Shown here: positions 49,497-58,426 of the stretch, in pieces
Layout of the letters: each line of letters begins with the position of its first letter
How positions within the stretch are numbered: the first letter of the stretch is position 1
Source: Terriglobia bacterium
GTDB lineage: Bacteria; Acidobacteriota; Terriglobia; JAJPHL01; JAPKYU01
Direction of reading: 5' to 3'
DNA length: 64,000 nt
NCBI GenBank assembly: GCA_965223005.1
Contig: CBDCVK010000005.1
Span: 32,001 to 96,000 of the forward strand
The notes under the pieces: model-generated
What the model saw: only the letters and a program-made list of their open reading frames with translations
Databases searched by the model: none
What the model was told of the DNA's origin: nothing
Position numbers and translations under genes: made by a program

Positions 49497-51391
49497 GAAT
49501 TGGGGAGCGCCTGCGGGGGCCGGGTGATCTGGCCCTGGTAGGCTTCGTCCAGGATAATCCTGTTCTTGACAATGGTTTCGCCGGTGGAGCGGTCCAGCTC
49601 GACCCGCGACTTCATGTAATCACCCAGTGCCCGTACGACGGCGCCCTCCGCCTCGGCCAGATCGCGTTGCGCCTGGATGACCAGGAAGATCGTGGCGGCG
49701 CCGAACTGGAACTTCTTCTGCTCGGCGTCCAGGGTACGCTGCTGCAGCTCCCGCGCCTTCCGGGCGGCGTCCAGACGGACGCGGTTCTGCTGCAACCCAA
49801 TCACCGCATTACGCACCTCGGCGCGCACCGTGTTCTCCAGTTGGCGCAGTCGCAATTGCGCCTGCCGCTCCTCGACCTGGGCCTGAGCGGCGTCAGCCTG
49901 CGCGGCCCGGTTCTTGATGGGGATGCTGATTTGCAGCCCAAATGCGTAATCGGGGAAATCGCCGCCGAACATCTGGTTCAGCGACCTGCCGAGGCCGCCT
50001 CTGAATTGCTCCGCAATCTCGACCGGCTCGCCCGTGATCGGACTGGTACCGGCCTGGCCACCGATCCCGCTGCCTCCCCAGTAGGCGAAGGCATCCAGTG
50101 TAGGAAGCATGCCGTTCCTCGCTGCCCGGATGGAGATTTCACGGTTGCGCAGGTCAATGCGGGATTGGGACAACTCGGGCCGGGCTGACAAAGCCGTTCC
50201 AATCAAGTCCTGAACGGGCACCACCGGCTCGACCGGCGGAACAGTGATGCGATCGGTGGGTACAACGCGAGCCGCCCCCAGCCCCGGATCGCTCAGGTCG
50301 CGCAGCACTATGTTCTTCAGCGAAGTTTCCAATTGCTGGGCCGTGGTCTGGGCCACGATCAGGTCCTGGCGGGTCCGCGCCACCTCGGCCTCGGCCCGCA
50401 CGATCTCGATAGGGGCCAGCGTGCCAATCTCCACTTGGCGCTGGTTGTCTTTGTGCAGTTTCTCGGCTACCGCGACGAACCGCTCGCGCACTTTGACGTC
50501 CTCCAGGGTGCTAACCAGGTCCCAGTAGAGATTTTGGACTTGGGTCACCGTCAGAATGACCTGCTGTTTGAACACCAGGTCGCTGACCTCTCGGTTGTTC
50601 TTGGCGATCCGGATGTTGCGCGTGTTGGGGCCGAAGCCGAAGCCCTGCAACAGCCGCTGCGTGATCTGGAACTGGTAGTTGGCATTGATCCGCGGGTTGA
50701 TAGTCTCCGTTCGGTTGGTCTGACGACCGTTGTTCCACCCCAGGCTCAGTGAGGTGCCGCTGTGGAAGGCCTGCTGGTAGGTGAAATTGGCCGTCCCGGT
50801 GTTGGTTTGCAGCTGGTCAACGCCCAGGAACTGTGAGAAGAAGAAGCTTGTGATGGGGGTGGTGCGATGGTTGATGTTGAGGTTGGCGGTGACCACCGGG
50901 TCGAAGCTGCCGATGGGGGCGCCACCGCCCAACGCCGAAGTCACCAATCCTCCGGCGCCCTGGCCCACACCGCCGGCAGCGGTTCCTGTACCTCCCTGGG
51001 CACCTGCGCCGCCGCCGCCTCCACTAACATCCGAGGCACCGGTCACCGTCGTGCGCACGCCCCGGGGCGAGGCCCCGGCCTTGGTGCGCAGAATATCCAG
51101 GTCAGCGATCCTCGGGTTGTAGCGCTGGATGGACACGTCCAGATTATTCTCCAGCGCCAGCGAGATGGCGTCGCTCAGCGACAGAATCAGCTTGCCTTCC
51201 CGAAGCAGGTCCTCGACCCGCCCGGAGTTGCCCAGCACCGGTGCGGGTATCCCCATAGGCCGGTAAGACGAAAGAAAATTAGGAAAGGCGGAGTAGCCCT
51301 TCGTATAGTCCGGTTCCTGGGCCACCAACAGCAGCGGCTGGAGCACCAACCCGGCGATCAGCAACACGACCCATGCTCTCATCATAGACAT
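49493..51391 (-). CDS. TolC family outer-membrane protein
   Basis: LSLSDAISLALENNLD, YWDLV, GTLAPIE, IPIKNR, E.KKFQFG. Confidence 0.92.
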   Translation of the reverse strand: MSMMRAWVVLLIAGLVLQPLLLVAQEPDYTKGYSAFPNFLSSYRPMGIPAPVLGNSGRVEDLLREGKLILSLSDAISLALENNLDVSIQRYNPRIADLDILRTKAGASPRGVRTTVTGASDVSGGGGGAGAQGGTGTAAGGVGQGAGGLVTSALGGGAPIGSFDPVVTANLNINHRTTPITSFFFSQFLGVDQLQTNTGTANFTYQQAFHSGTSLSLGWNNGRQTNRTETINPRINANYQFQITQRLLQGFGFGPNTRNIRIAKNNREVSDLVFKQQVILTVTQVQNLYWDLVSTLEDVKVRERFVAVAEKLHKDNQRQVEIGTLAPIEIVRAEAEVARTRQDLIVAQTTAQQLETSLKNIVLRDLSDPGLGAARVVPTDRITVPPVEPVVPVQDLIGTALSARPELSQSRIDLRNREISIRAARNGMLPTLDAFAYWGGSGIGGQAGTSPITGEPVEIAEQFRGGLGRSLNQMFGGDFPDYAFGLQISIPIKNRAAQADAAQAQVEERQAQLRLRQLENTVRAEVRNAVIGLQQNRVRLDAARKARELQQRTLDAEQKKFQFGAATIFLVIQAQRDLAEAEGAVVRALGDYMKSRVELDRSTGETIVKNRIILDEAYQGQITRPPQALPNS

Positions 51392-51606
51392 GAACCTCTT
51401 CCTGTGTGTTTTATCAGGCCTTGTGTCTGGTTTGGAAAGGACACAGTAGTCTTCCTAATACAAAAGGGGACAGACAAACATTCCGCGATTTCAACAACTT
51501 GGCCGCAGACCCGCTCTTGCTCCCGCGGACCAAGGGCGAACCTTTTCATGCTAGCATCCACTCACTCACCTTGACAACGCAGAGTAGCTCGAATAGAAGC
51601 AATTAC

Positions 51607-52182
51607 GTGTCAAACCCCGAACAAGTGCGGAAGTTGTTGGAGGAAACGGGCGCGCTGCTGGAGGGCCACTTCCTGCTGTCGTCAGGGCTGCACAGCTCGC
51701 ACTACCTGCAATGCGCCCGCCTTTTGGAAGATCCCCAACGCTCCGAACACCTGGGTCGTGCGCTGGCCGAGAAGTTTGCCGGCCAGATGGTTGATCTGGT
51801 GGCTAGCCCAGCGGTGGGAGCGCTGATCATCGGCCACGAGGTGGCCCGCGCCGCTGGGGCGCGCTTTATTTTCACCGAGCGCGACGCCAGCGGGCAGGCG
51901 GCCTTGCGCCGAGGCTTCCAGGTGATACCCGGCGAGCGTGCGCTGGTGGTAGAGGACGTGGTCACCACCGGCGGTTCCACCCGCGAGGTGCTGACGGTAC
52001 TGCGTGCCGGAGGCGCCGAAATCCGCGGTGTGGCAACCATCGTGGACCGAAGCGGTGGCCACGGTGATTTCGGCGTCCCCCTGGTCAGCCTCCTGCAATT
52101 GTCTCTCCCCACCTGGGCCTCGGACCAGTGCAACCTTTGCCGCCAGGGAGCTCCGCTGGAAAAGCCCGGCTCACGCCGCTAG
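51607..52182 (+). CDS. pyrE: Orotate phosphoribosyltransferase
   Basis: GHFLLSSG.HS..Y, VVEDVVTTGGS, KPGSR. Confidence 0.95.
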   Translation: MSNPEQVRKLLEETGALLEGHFLLSSGLHSSHYLQCARLLEDPQRSEHLGRALAEKFAGQMVDLVASPAVGALIIGHEVARAAGARFIFTERDASGQAALRRGFQVIPGERALVVEDVVTTGGSTREVLTVLRAGGAEIRGVATIVDRSGGHGDFGVPLVSLLQLSLPTWASDQCNLCRQGAPLEKPGSRR

Positions 52183-52191
52183 TGGTGAGTC

Positions 52192-52953
52192 ATGCGTGCG
52201 ATCAAGCTGACGCTCTCCTACGATGGGAGCGAATTCCACGGCTGGCAAATCCAGCCGCGCGAGCCGACCATCCAGGCCACGCTGATGGAAGCAGTGGAAC
52301 GGGTCATTGGCACACGCGTGCCAGTCGATGCCAGCGGGCGCACGGATGCTGGTGTGCATGCGCTCGGGCAGGTGGCCAGCTTCCACACGCATGCCACCAT
52401 CCCGGTGGCCAACCTGGCCAGAGCGCTCAACGGCAAGCTTCCCCACAGCATCCGGGTGCTGGCAGCCGAAGAAGCTCCCGCCGGCTTCCACGCCCGCTTC
52501 CAGGCGCGCTCCAAGACTTACCGCTTTCGCCTGTACCGCGCCGAGGTTTGCCCGCCCTACCTGTGGCGCTACGTGCACCACTTTCCTCACACGTTGGATG
52601 AAGCGGTGACGATAGCCGCGGCTCCGCTGTTTGAAGGCACCCACGACTTCACCGCAATGGCGTCTTCCGAAGGCCGGGGCGGGGCGAGTCCCGAGGATGT
52701 CCCTGAGGAATCCAAGACCCGGATCATCCATGAGTCCAGTCTCACGCGGGAAGCGGAGGAGTTGGTGTACACGGTGAGAGGCAGCGGCTTCCTTCACCAC
52801 ATGGTCCGAAACATGGTTGGCACGCTGCTGGAGGTTGGCAGGGGGCGGTTGGCCGCAGACCAGATCCCCAAGATTCTGGCTGCGCGGGACCGCACCGGGG
52901 CCGGACCTACTCTGCCCGGAAAAGGCCTCTGGCTGGTTTCCGTGAAATACTAA
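52192..52953 (+). CDS. truA: tRNA pseudouridine(38-40) synthase
   Basis: YDGS.FHGWQ.Q, SGRTDAGVHA.GQ, FHAR, GTHDF, FL.HMVR. Confidence 0.96.
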   Translation: MRAIKLTLSYDGSEFHGWQIQPREPTIQATLMEAVERVIGTRVPVDASGRTDAGVHALGQVASFHTHATIPVANLARALNGKLPHSIRVLAAEEAPAGFHARFQARSKTYRFRLYRAEVCPPYLWRYVHHFPHTLDEAVTIAAAPLFEGTHDFTAMASSEGRGGASPEDVPEESKTRIIHESSLTREAEELVYTVRGSGFLHHMVRNMVGTLLEVGRGRLAADQIPKILAARDRTGAGPTLPGKGLWLVSVKY

Positions 52954-52991
52954 GAAACGTCACACTTCACTCATAATTCGTAATTTGTCTT

Positions 52992-53084
52992 ATGGTGAAA
53001 TCCATCAATCCCGCGACCGGCGCGGATGAGCGGCCTGCCGGGCGCGATCCGCGCCTTGTTCCACCGCAAACTATGAGAGACTGA
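52992..53084 (+). pseudogene. 5' remnant of an aldehyde (succinate-semialdehyde-type) dehydrogenase gene
   Basis: MVKSINPATG then loss of similarity and a stop after 30 codons. Confidence 0.45.
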
Positions 53085-53164
53085 AGAAGCCATAGCGGCC
53101 GGCTTTAGCCTGCCTCTACATGGCACCCTGAAGGTTGCCATTACGGAACGAAAGGAGAGCCTGG

Positions 53165-53455
53165 ATGGCCGTCAAACCCCGCACGACTGTTGAGAATCCT
53201 CCCGTTTCGGAATTGCTGACCACCCTGTCCAGCGGCCAGAAAGTGAAGCGCCGCACCCTGCGAATGCGTGCCTGCAACGAAAAGGACGCCAAGGACAAGC
53301 TCTGCTGCGGGCACCTGAAACGCTGGCGCGGCTTCGGCGACGAGGTCAAGAAAACATTTGGCGAGAATGCCGAAGTCTACCGCTGTGAACGTTGCAAGAC
53401 GCTCTACCTGCCCCACACGTCGGAGGAACCCCGCACCGCCATCCTTTCTTTCTAG
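53165..53455 (+). CDS. Small putative zinc-binding hypothetical protein
   Basis: AGGAG RBS; ACNEK...LCCGHLKRW...[10 protein letters not shown]. Confidence 0.75.
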   Translation: MAVKPRTTVENPPVSELLTTLSSGQKVKRRTLRMRACNEKDAKDKLCCGHLKRWRGFGDEVKKTFGENAEVYRCERCKTLYLPHTSEEPRTAILSF

Positions 53456-53487
53456 GTGGCTGGCAGGTCGGCGGGAACTGTGGCCGT

Positions 53488-53940
53488 ATGGCAAACAAAA
53501 GGCACCTTGAGCTTCTGGAGATAGAGGAAGTTGAACGATGGAACTTCATACGCGCGCAGAGGCCGAAAGTAATCCCGGATCTCGGGGCGGCAAGTCTTCC
53601 AGGCGCGGACCTCCGGTCTGCTGATCTGAGCAAGGCAGACCTCAGCGAGGCCGACCTCTCCGGCGCTAACCTTGAAGAAGCGGATCTCAGCGGAGCAAAC
53701 CTTAGCAAAGCGTCGCTCGTCGGGGCGAACCTTTGCAGGGCGAATCTGACCGACGCGAACTTAAGCTACGCGAATCTCAGGAGCGCAATCTTCACCGCCG
53801 CAAACCTTCAAGGTGCGGATCTTCGCCGGGCCGACCTCAGTAAGGCGGATCTCGAAGTAGCCGAAAATGTCACAACAGAACAGGTTGCTTCAGCGACCAC
53901 CGATGAAGACACACTGCTTCCAATCTATTTAGAATTTTGA
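53488..53940 (+). CDS. Pentapeptide repeat protein
   Basis: Tandem A(D/N)Lxx repeats. Confidence 0.93.
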   Translation: MANKRHLELLEIEEVERWNFIRAQRPKVIPDLGAASLPGADLRSADLSKADLSEADLSGANLEEADLSGANLSKASLVGANLCRANLTDANLSYANLRSAIFTAANLQGADLRRADLSKADLEVAENVTTEQVASATTDEDTLLPIYLEF

Positions 53941-54139
53941 ATTGCTCCGCTGTCTTTCGCACCGATGGTTATCCACTTCTGTCGCATCCCCTTTCACTTC
54001 GGCCTTCAAAAACGTTCGCCCCATCCCTGGAATAGGGAGACGTGCGTGATGGCTTGGAGTCCCATAGCCTGAGGTTTGAGACTCGAGGCTTGGGAGCGGG
54101 AAGGCGGAGCCTCCTAATCCCGTGCTAACATGATCGGGC

Positions 54140-55372
54140 ATGCTGGCAAGCTCCACTGCCGCTCCGACAACCGAGACGATAGCGGTGCTGGCGAGCCGCG
54201 CAATGGTAGCCCGGGCGCTGGAGTTGATCGCGCAAGAGGCGGACTGGATTACTGACCGGCATGTCGAATTCACCTCGATCCCGGCGCCCACCTTTGCGGA
54301 ACAGGCTCGGGCCGATTACTTCTTCCAGCAGTTCAGCAAACTGAAACTAGACTGCGTGCGGCGCGATGCTGCCGGCAACGTGTTGGGCGAACTGCGAGGC
54401 ACCGCGCCAGCGCGGCAACGGCGCTTGTTAGTGCTGAGCGCCCACCTGGATACGGTTTTCCGGCTATCGGATCGAATCGAGGTCCACCGCCACAACGGGC
54501 GCATCTACGGCCCAGGAATCACCGACAACGGTGCCGGCCTGGCGGCGCTGCTGGGCGTGGCGCACGTCCTGCACCGCGCAAACCTGCGCCTGCGCGACAA
54601 TTTACTGTTGGTGGCCAACGTTGGGGAGGAAGGAGAAGGCAATCTCCACGGCATGCGCCACTTGCTTGAGCAGAAAGAAATCTGCCGGCAAGCGCGTGCT
54701 GTTCTGGTGTTGGACGGGGCCAGCGTGGACCACATCACCGCCTCCGGCCTGGGCAGCCAGCGCTTCCGGGTCACCGTTGAGGGCCCCGGCGGGCATAGCT
54801 GGAGTGACTTTGGCCTGGCAAACCCCATCTACGCCCTGGGATCAGCGGTGGCCCGCTTCGCCCAAATTTCCGTCCCCAAGCAGCCGCGCACTACGTTTAA
54901 CGTCGGTGAAATCCAAGGAGGCACCAGCATCAACTCGGTTCCCTCGTTCGCCTCCATCAAGGTGGACATCCGGTCCGGTTCGGTGGAGGAGATCCGGCGG
55001 CTGGCGGCCATTTTGGAACGCGTAGTCCGGGGGGCGGTGGAAGAGGAGAACCAGCGCGCACAGGGTGACAGGCTCACCTATCAGGTTCAGGATATCGGCG
55101 AACGCCCCGCGGCCGAGCTGCCGCAGAACGCTCGCATCCTGGAAACGGTGCGGGCAGTGGACCGCTATCTGGGGATCCCCTCGCGTGTCGAGCGCTCCTC
55201 TACCGACGCGAATATTCCATTGGCGCTAGGCATCGAGGCAGTTTCCCTGGGTGGGGGCGGCCAAGGGGGCGCGACCCACTCCCCGCAGGAATGGTACGAC
55301 CCGGCTCGTCGCCAACTCGGGCTCGAGCGCATCCTGCTGGCTTTGTGCGCGCTGGCGGGGGTGGACAGCTAG
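54140..55372 (+). CDS. M20/M25/M40 family metallopeptidase
   Basis: SAHLDTV, GPG..DN..G, GEEGEG, GGHSW, STDAN, THS. Confidence 0.92.
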   Translation: MLASSTAAPTTETIAVLASRAMVARALELIAQEADWITDRHVEFTSIPAPTFAEQARADYFFQQFSKLKLDCVRRDAAGNVLGELRGTAPARQRRLLVLSAHLDTVFRLSDRIEVHRHNGRIYGPGITDNGAGLAALLGVAHVLHRANLRLRDNLLLVANVGEEGEGNLHGMRHLLEQKEICRQARAVLVLDGASVDHITASGLGSQRFRVTVEGPGGHSWSDFGLANPIYALGSAVARFAQISVPKQPRTTFNVGEIQGGTSINSVPSFASIKVDIRSGSVEEIRRLAAILERVVRGAVEEENQRAQGDRLTYQVQDIGERPAAELPQNARILETVRAVDRYLGIPSRVERSSTDANIPLALGIEAVSLGGGGQGGATHSPQEWYDPARRQLGLERILLALCALAGVDS

Positions 55373-55413
55373 CCGTTGCCTCGCAACCAGTCTTTTGCCT
55401 CTGGAGTACTGCT

Positions 55414-55541
55414 TTCCGCTTACTGCCCCGTGTGGCTGGCCCTGCTCGCTCTGCACCCAATCAGCGTCCTGTCCCGGAAGGGGGGGAATGCGCACCGATT
55501 TTGGGGGAGGCAAAACCATTGGTTTCCGCCGAGCATCTTTA
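55414..55541 (+). repeat. Imperfect direct repeat, copy 1 (copy 2 at 58239-58363)
   Basis: TTCCGC.TACTGCC...CTGGCCCT.CTC...CACCCAATC...CTGTCCC...AAACCATTGG(T/C)TTCCGCCGAGCATCTTTA. Confidence 0.85.
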
Positions 55542-55623
55542 CGGGACGTGCGCACCCTGCCTTGTGCGGGCGGAAGCCTGAGATGGCATCCGGCAGCCGT
55601 GAAGAAAAGGTGGGACGGACATC

Positions 55624-58236
55624 ATGAAAGGAATCAAGCTGTACCCGGCCGTGGTCGTGCTGGGCATCGCTTTCCTGTTGATCGAGTCCGTCTTCTGGGC
55701 GAGCGAGCAGAACCAGCCCTTGGAAGTTGCCGTGCGGATGATTCTGCTGCGCACCTCCGAAGAGGCGCGGCAGGTTCTGGCGAACCTCCAGCGCGGAGAG
55801 GACTTTGCCGAGCTGGCGAAAAAGCACTCGATCGATTCCACCGGGCCAGCGGGCGGCTATCTAGGCAAAGTGAAGCTGTCGGACTTACGCCCCGAAATTC
55901 AGGAGGCCTTGAAGGAGCTGCCTGCGGGGCAGGTGTCCGGGGTTGTCGAAACGTCGAGCGGCTACATGATCCTGAAGATGCTTAAAGAGGAAGCGGAGAG
56001 CACCGAAATCGAGAGCGCGCAACCCGCCCCGGAGCGCCGACTGACCACCGACGTCTCGGGAGCTGGAGAAGTTCAATACCTGTTTGAGCGCATCCAGAAG
56101 CCAGTCGGCTGGGAACAGGATTTGCAAACCATCTGCGCGATTAAGATCATGGCGGTTCGCATCGGATTTCAAGAGTTGGAAAAATATTTGGCAGAGGCCG
56201 AGAACGGAAGCGCGAGGCAGGTGGGGGACGCTGGACTCTTGGGTGTCTATCAGACACTGGCTCAGCAGTGGGCACACCGTGGGGATTTCGATCAAACGAT
56301 CAAGTATTTCCAAGCGGCGTACGAGCAGGCTGTCGCCCGCGGCGACAAGGAGGTTCTACTGGAATTGGAGGAGAAGCTGGGGATTGCCCACCTGGGATTG
56401 GCACAGGCTGAGAACCTGGTACCCAGCGCTCGCGTCAAAACCTGCATGTTCCCGATGCGTGGCAGGGCGCAGCCGGAGCAGACCGCCAATTGGGAGGCCG
56501 CCATCCGGCATTTTCTCAAGTTCCTGGAGCAGCAGCCGGAAGACCTGGAGGTGAGATGGCTGCTGAACCTTGCCTCCATGGCCTCGGGCAGGCACCCCGA
56601 GGCTGTTCCCAAGCAATACCGGATTCCTCTTGCGCCCTTTGAGTCCAAGGAAGACGTGGGCCGCTTTGTTGACGTGGCCCCTGTGGTGGGGGCCGACACC
56701 TTCAACACGGCCGGCGGAGCGATTGTGGATGACCTGGACAGTGACGGACTGCTGGACATTGTGACCAGCGCAATGGACCCTTGCGCGCCGATGCGCTACT
56801 TGCACAACAGCGGGACGGGAACCTTCACCGACCGAACCGCGCAGGCCGGGCTGATCAATCAGCTTGGCGGGCTGAACATGGTCCCGGCCGACTACAACAA
56901 TGACGGCTGCCTGGATATTCTGGTGCTCCGGGGCGCATGGGAACTGCCCATGCGCAACTCGCTGCTGCGCAATAACTGCGACGGAACCTTCACCGACGTG
57001 ACCCGCACGAGTGGGGTGGCGGTGCCCGCCACTTCCACGCAAACCGCTGCCTGGGCCGACATTGATCTGGACGGCAACCTGGACCTGTTCGTGGGCAACG
57101 AACGCTCTCCCAGCCAGCTTTTCCTCAACCAGGGCGACGGGACCTTCGAGGACATTGCGCCCGCCGCCGGCGTGGACCGGGTCATGTTCACCAAAGCCGT
57201 CGCTGCGGGCGACTACGACAACGACGGCTACCCGGACTTCTACGTCTCAAATGGATTTGCAGAGAACTTCCTCTTCCACAACAACCGGGATTTAACGTTT
57301 ACCGACATGGCCGAACCTTTGCGAGTGCAACAACCCATTTTCAGCTTTCCGATCTGGTTCTTCGACTATGACAACGATGGCTGGCTGGACCTGTTCGTCT
57401 CCAGTTACTATGGCTCAATCGTGGACATCGTCGGCAGTTACTTGCAATTACCGGTGGAGGTCGAGACGCTCAAGCTCTACAGGAACACCGGCTCGGGCTT
57501 CCAGGATGTGACCAAGGAGGTTCAGCTGGACCGGATCTTCACGCCTATGGGGGTCAATTTCGGCGACCTGGACAATGACGGATTTCTCGATTTCTACCTG
57601 GGGACCGGCAGTCCCTCCTACGCAGTGCTAGTTCCAAACGTGTTGTTTAGGAATCACGACGGGAAGTATTTCGTGGATGTCACCGCTTCCTCGGGGACCG
57701 GCTGTCTTCATAAGGGACATGGGGCGGCCTTCGCCGACATCGACAACGACGGCGATGAAGACATTTTTATTCAGATGGGCGGCATGGTGCCGGGCGACAG
57801 GCATGGGAACTTGCTCTTCAGAAACCCCGGGCACGGCAACAACTGGATCCGTCTGCGGCTGGTGGGCGTGAAGACGAACCGCGGGGCCATCGGGACCCGC
57901 ATCAAGCTTGGCGTGCGGACGCCCGAGGGTGGGCGCCGCTTCATTCACCGCCTCGTCGGCAGCGGTGGATCGTTTGGCGCCTCCCCGCTGGAGCAGCACA
58001 TCGGGCTGGGCAAGGCTGGCAGCATCGAAACCCTGGAAATCTGGTGGCCCACCAGCGACACGCGGCAGGTGTTCCACAACGTCGAGGTAAACCAGTTCCT
58101 GGAAATCAAGGAGTCGGAGAAAACATTCACGGCAGTCGAGCGACCCTCCTTCTCATTGGGAGAAGAGAGCCGGAGGCACCCCACAAGGCGCGAACCCCCA
58201 TTGTCTCCGTCTTCGAGAGTCGAACGAAAACCCTGA
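55624..58236 (+). CDS. Parvulin PPIase + TPR + FG-GAP/CRTAC1 + ASPIC/UnbV fusion protein
   Basis: FAELAKKHSID.T...GGYLG (PpiC); many DxDNDG.LD repeats; NRGAIG, GGSFG...EQHIGLG, IWWP. Confidence 0.9.
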   Translation: MKGIKLYPAVVVLGIAFLLIESVFWASEQNQPLEVAVRMILLRTSEEARQVLANLQRGEDFAELAKKHSIDSTGPAGGYLGKVKLSDLRPEIQEALKELPAGQVSGVVETSSGYMILKMLKEEAESTEIESAQPAPERRLTTDVSGAGEVQYLFERIQKPVGWEQDLQTICAIKIMAVRIGFQELEKYLAEAENGSARQVGDAGLLGVYQTLAQQWAHRGDFDQTIKYFQAAYEQAVARGDKEVLLELEEKLGIAHLGLAQAENLVPSARVKTCMFPMRGRAQPEQTANWEAAIRHFLKFLEQQPEDLEVRWLLNLASMASGRHPEAVPKQYRIPLAPFESKEDVGRFVDVAPVVGADTFNTAGGAIVDDLDSDGLLDIVTSAMDPCAPMRYLHNSGTGTFTDRTAQAGLINQLGGLNMVPADYNNDGCLDILVLRGAWELPMRNSLLRNNCDGTFTDVTRTSGVAVPATSTQTAAWADIDLDGNLDLFVGNERSPSQLFLNQGDGTFEDIAPAAGVDRVMFTKAVAAGDYDNDGYPDFYVSNGFAENFLFHNNRDLTFTDMAEPLRVQQPIFSFPIWFFDYDNDGWLDLFVSSYYGSIVDIVGSYLQLPVEVETLKLYRNTGSGFQDVTKEVQLDRIFTPMGVNFGDLDNDGFLDFYLGTGSPSYAVLVPNVLFRNHDGKYFVDVTASSGTGCLHKGHGAAFADIDNDGDEDIFIQMGGMVPGDRHGNLLFRNPGHGNNWIRLRLVGVKTNRGAIGTRIKLGVRTPEGGRRFIHRLVGSGGSFGASPLEQHIGLGKAGSIETLEIWWPTSDTRQVFHNVEVNQFLEIKESEKTFTAVERPSFSLGEESRRHPTRREPPLSPSSRVERKP

Positions 58237-58238
58237 CC

Positions 58239-58363
58239 TTCCGCCTACTGCCTTGCTGTGTCTGGCCCTTCTCACCTACACCCAATCTTGCCTCTGTCCC
58301 TGCAGGGGAAATGTGGGGGAATTGCGTGGCGACGAAACCATTGGCTTCCGCCGAGCATCTTTA
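58239..58363 (+). repeat. Imperfect direct repeat, copy 2; contains ECF-like GAAAC-N17-CATCT
   Basis: 3' 29 bp match copy 1 at 28 positions. Confidence 0.85.
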
Positions 58364-58369
58364 AACTAG

Positions 58370-58378
58370 TGGTATAAT
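58370..58378 (+). promoter_or_regulatory. Extended -10 promoter upstream of degP
   Basis: TGgTATAAT, followed by GAGGAG RBS. Confidence 0.65.
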
Positions 58379-58426
58379 GCACTTGAAGTTAAGGTCTGCG
58401 TTTTTCTTGATGAGGAGTATACCCCG

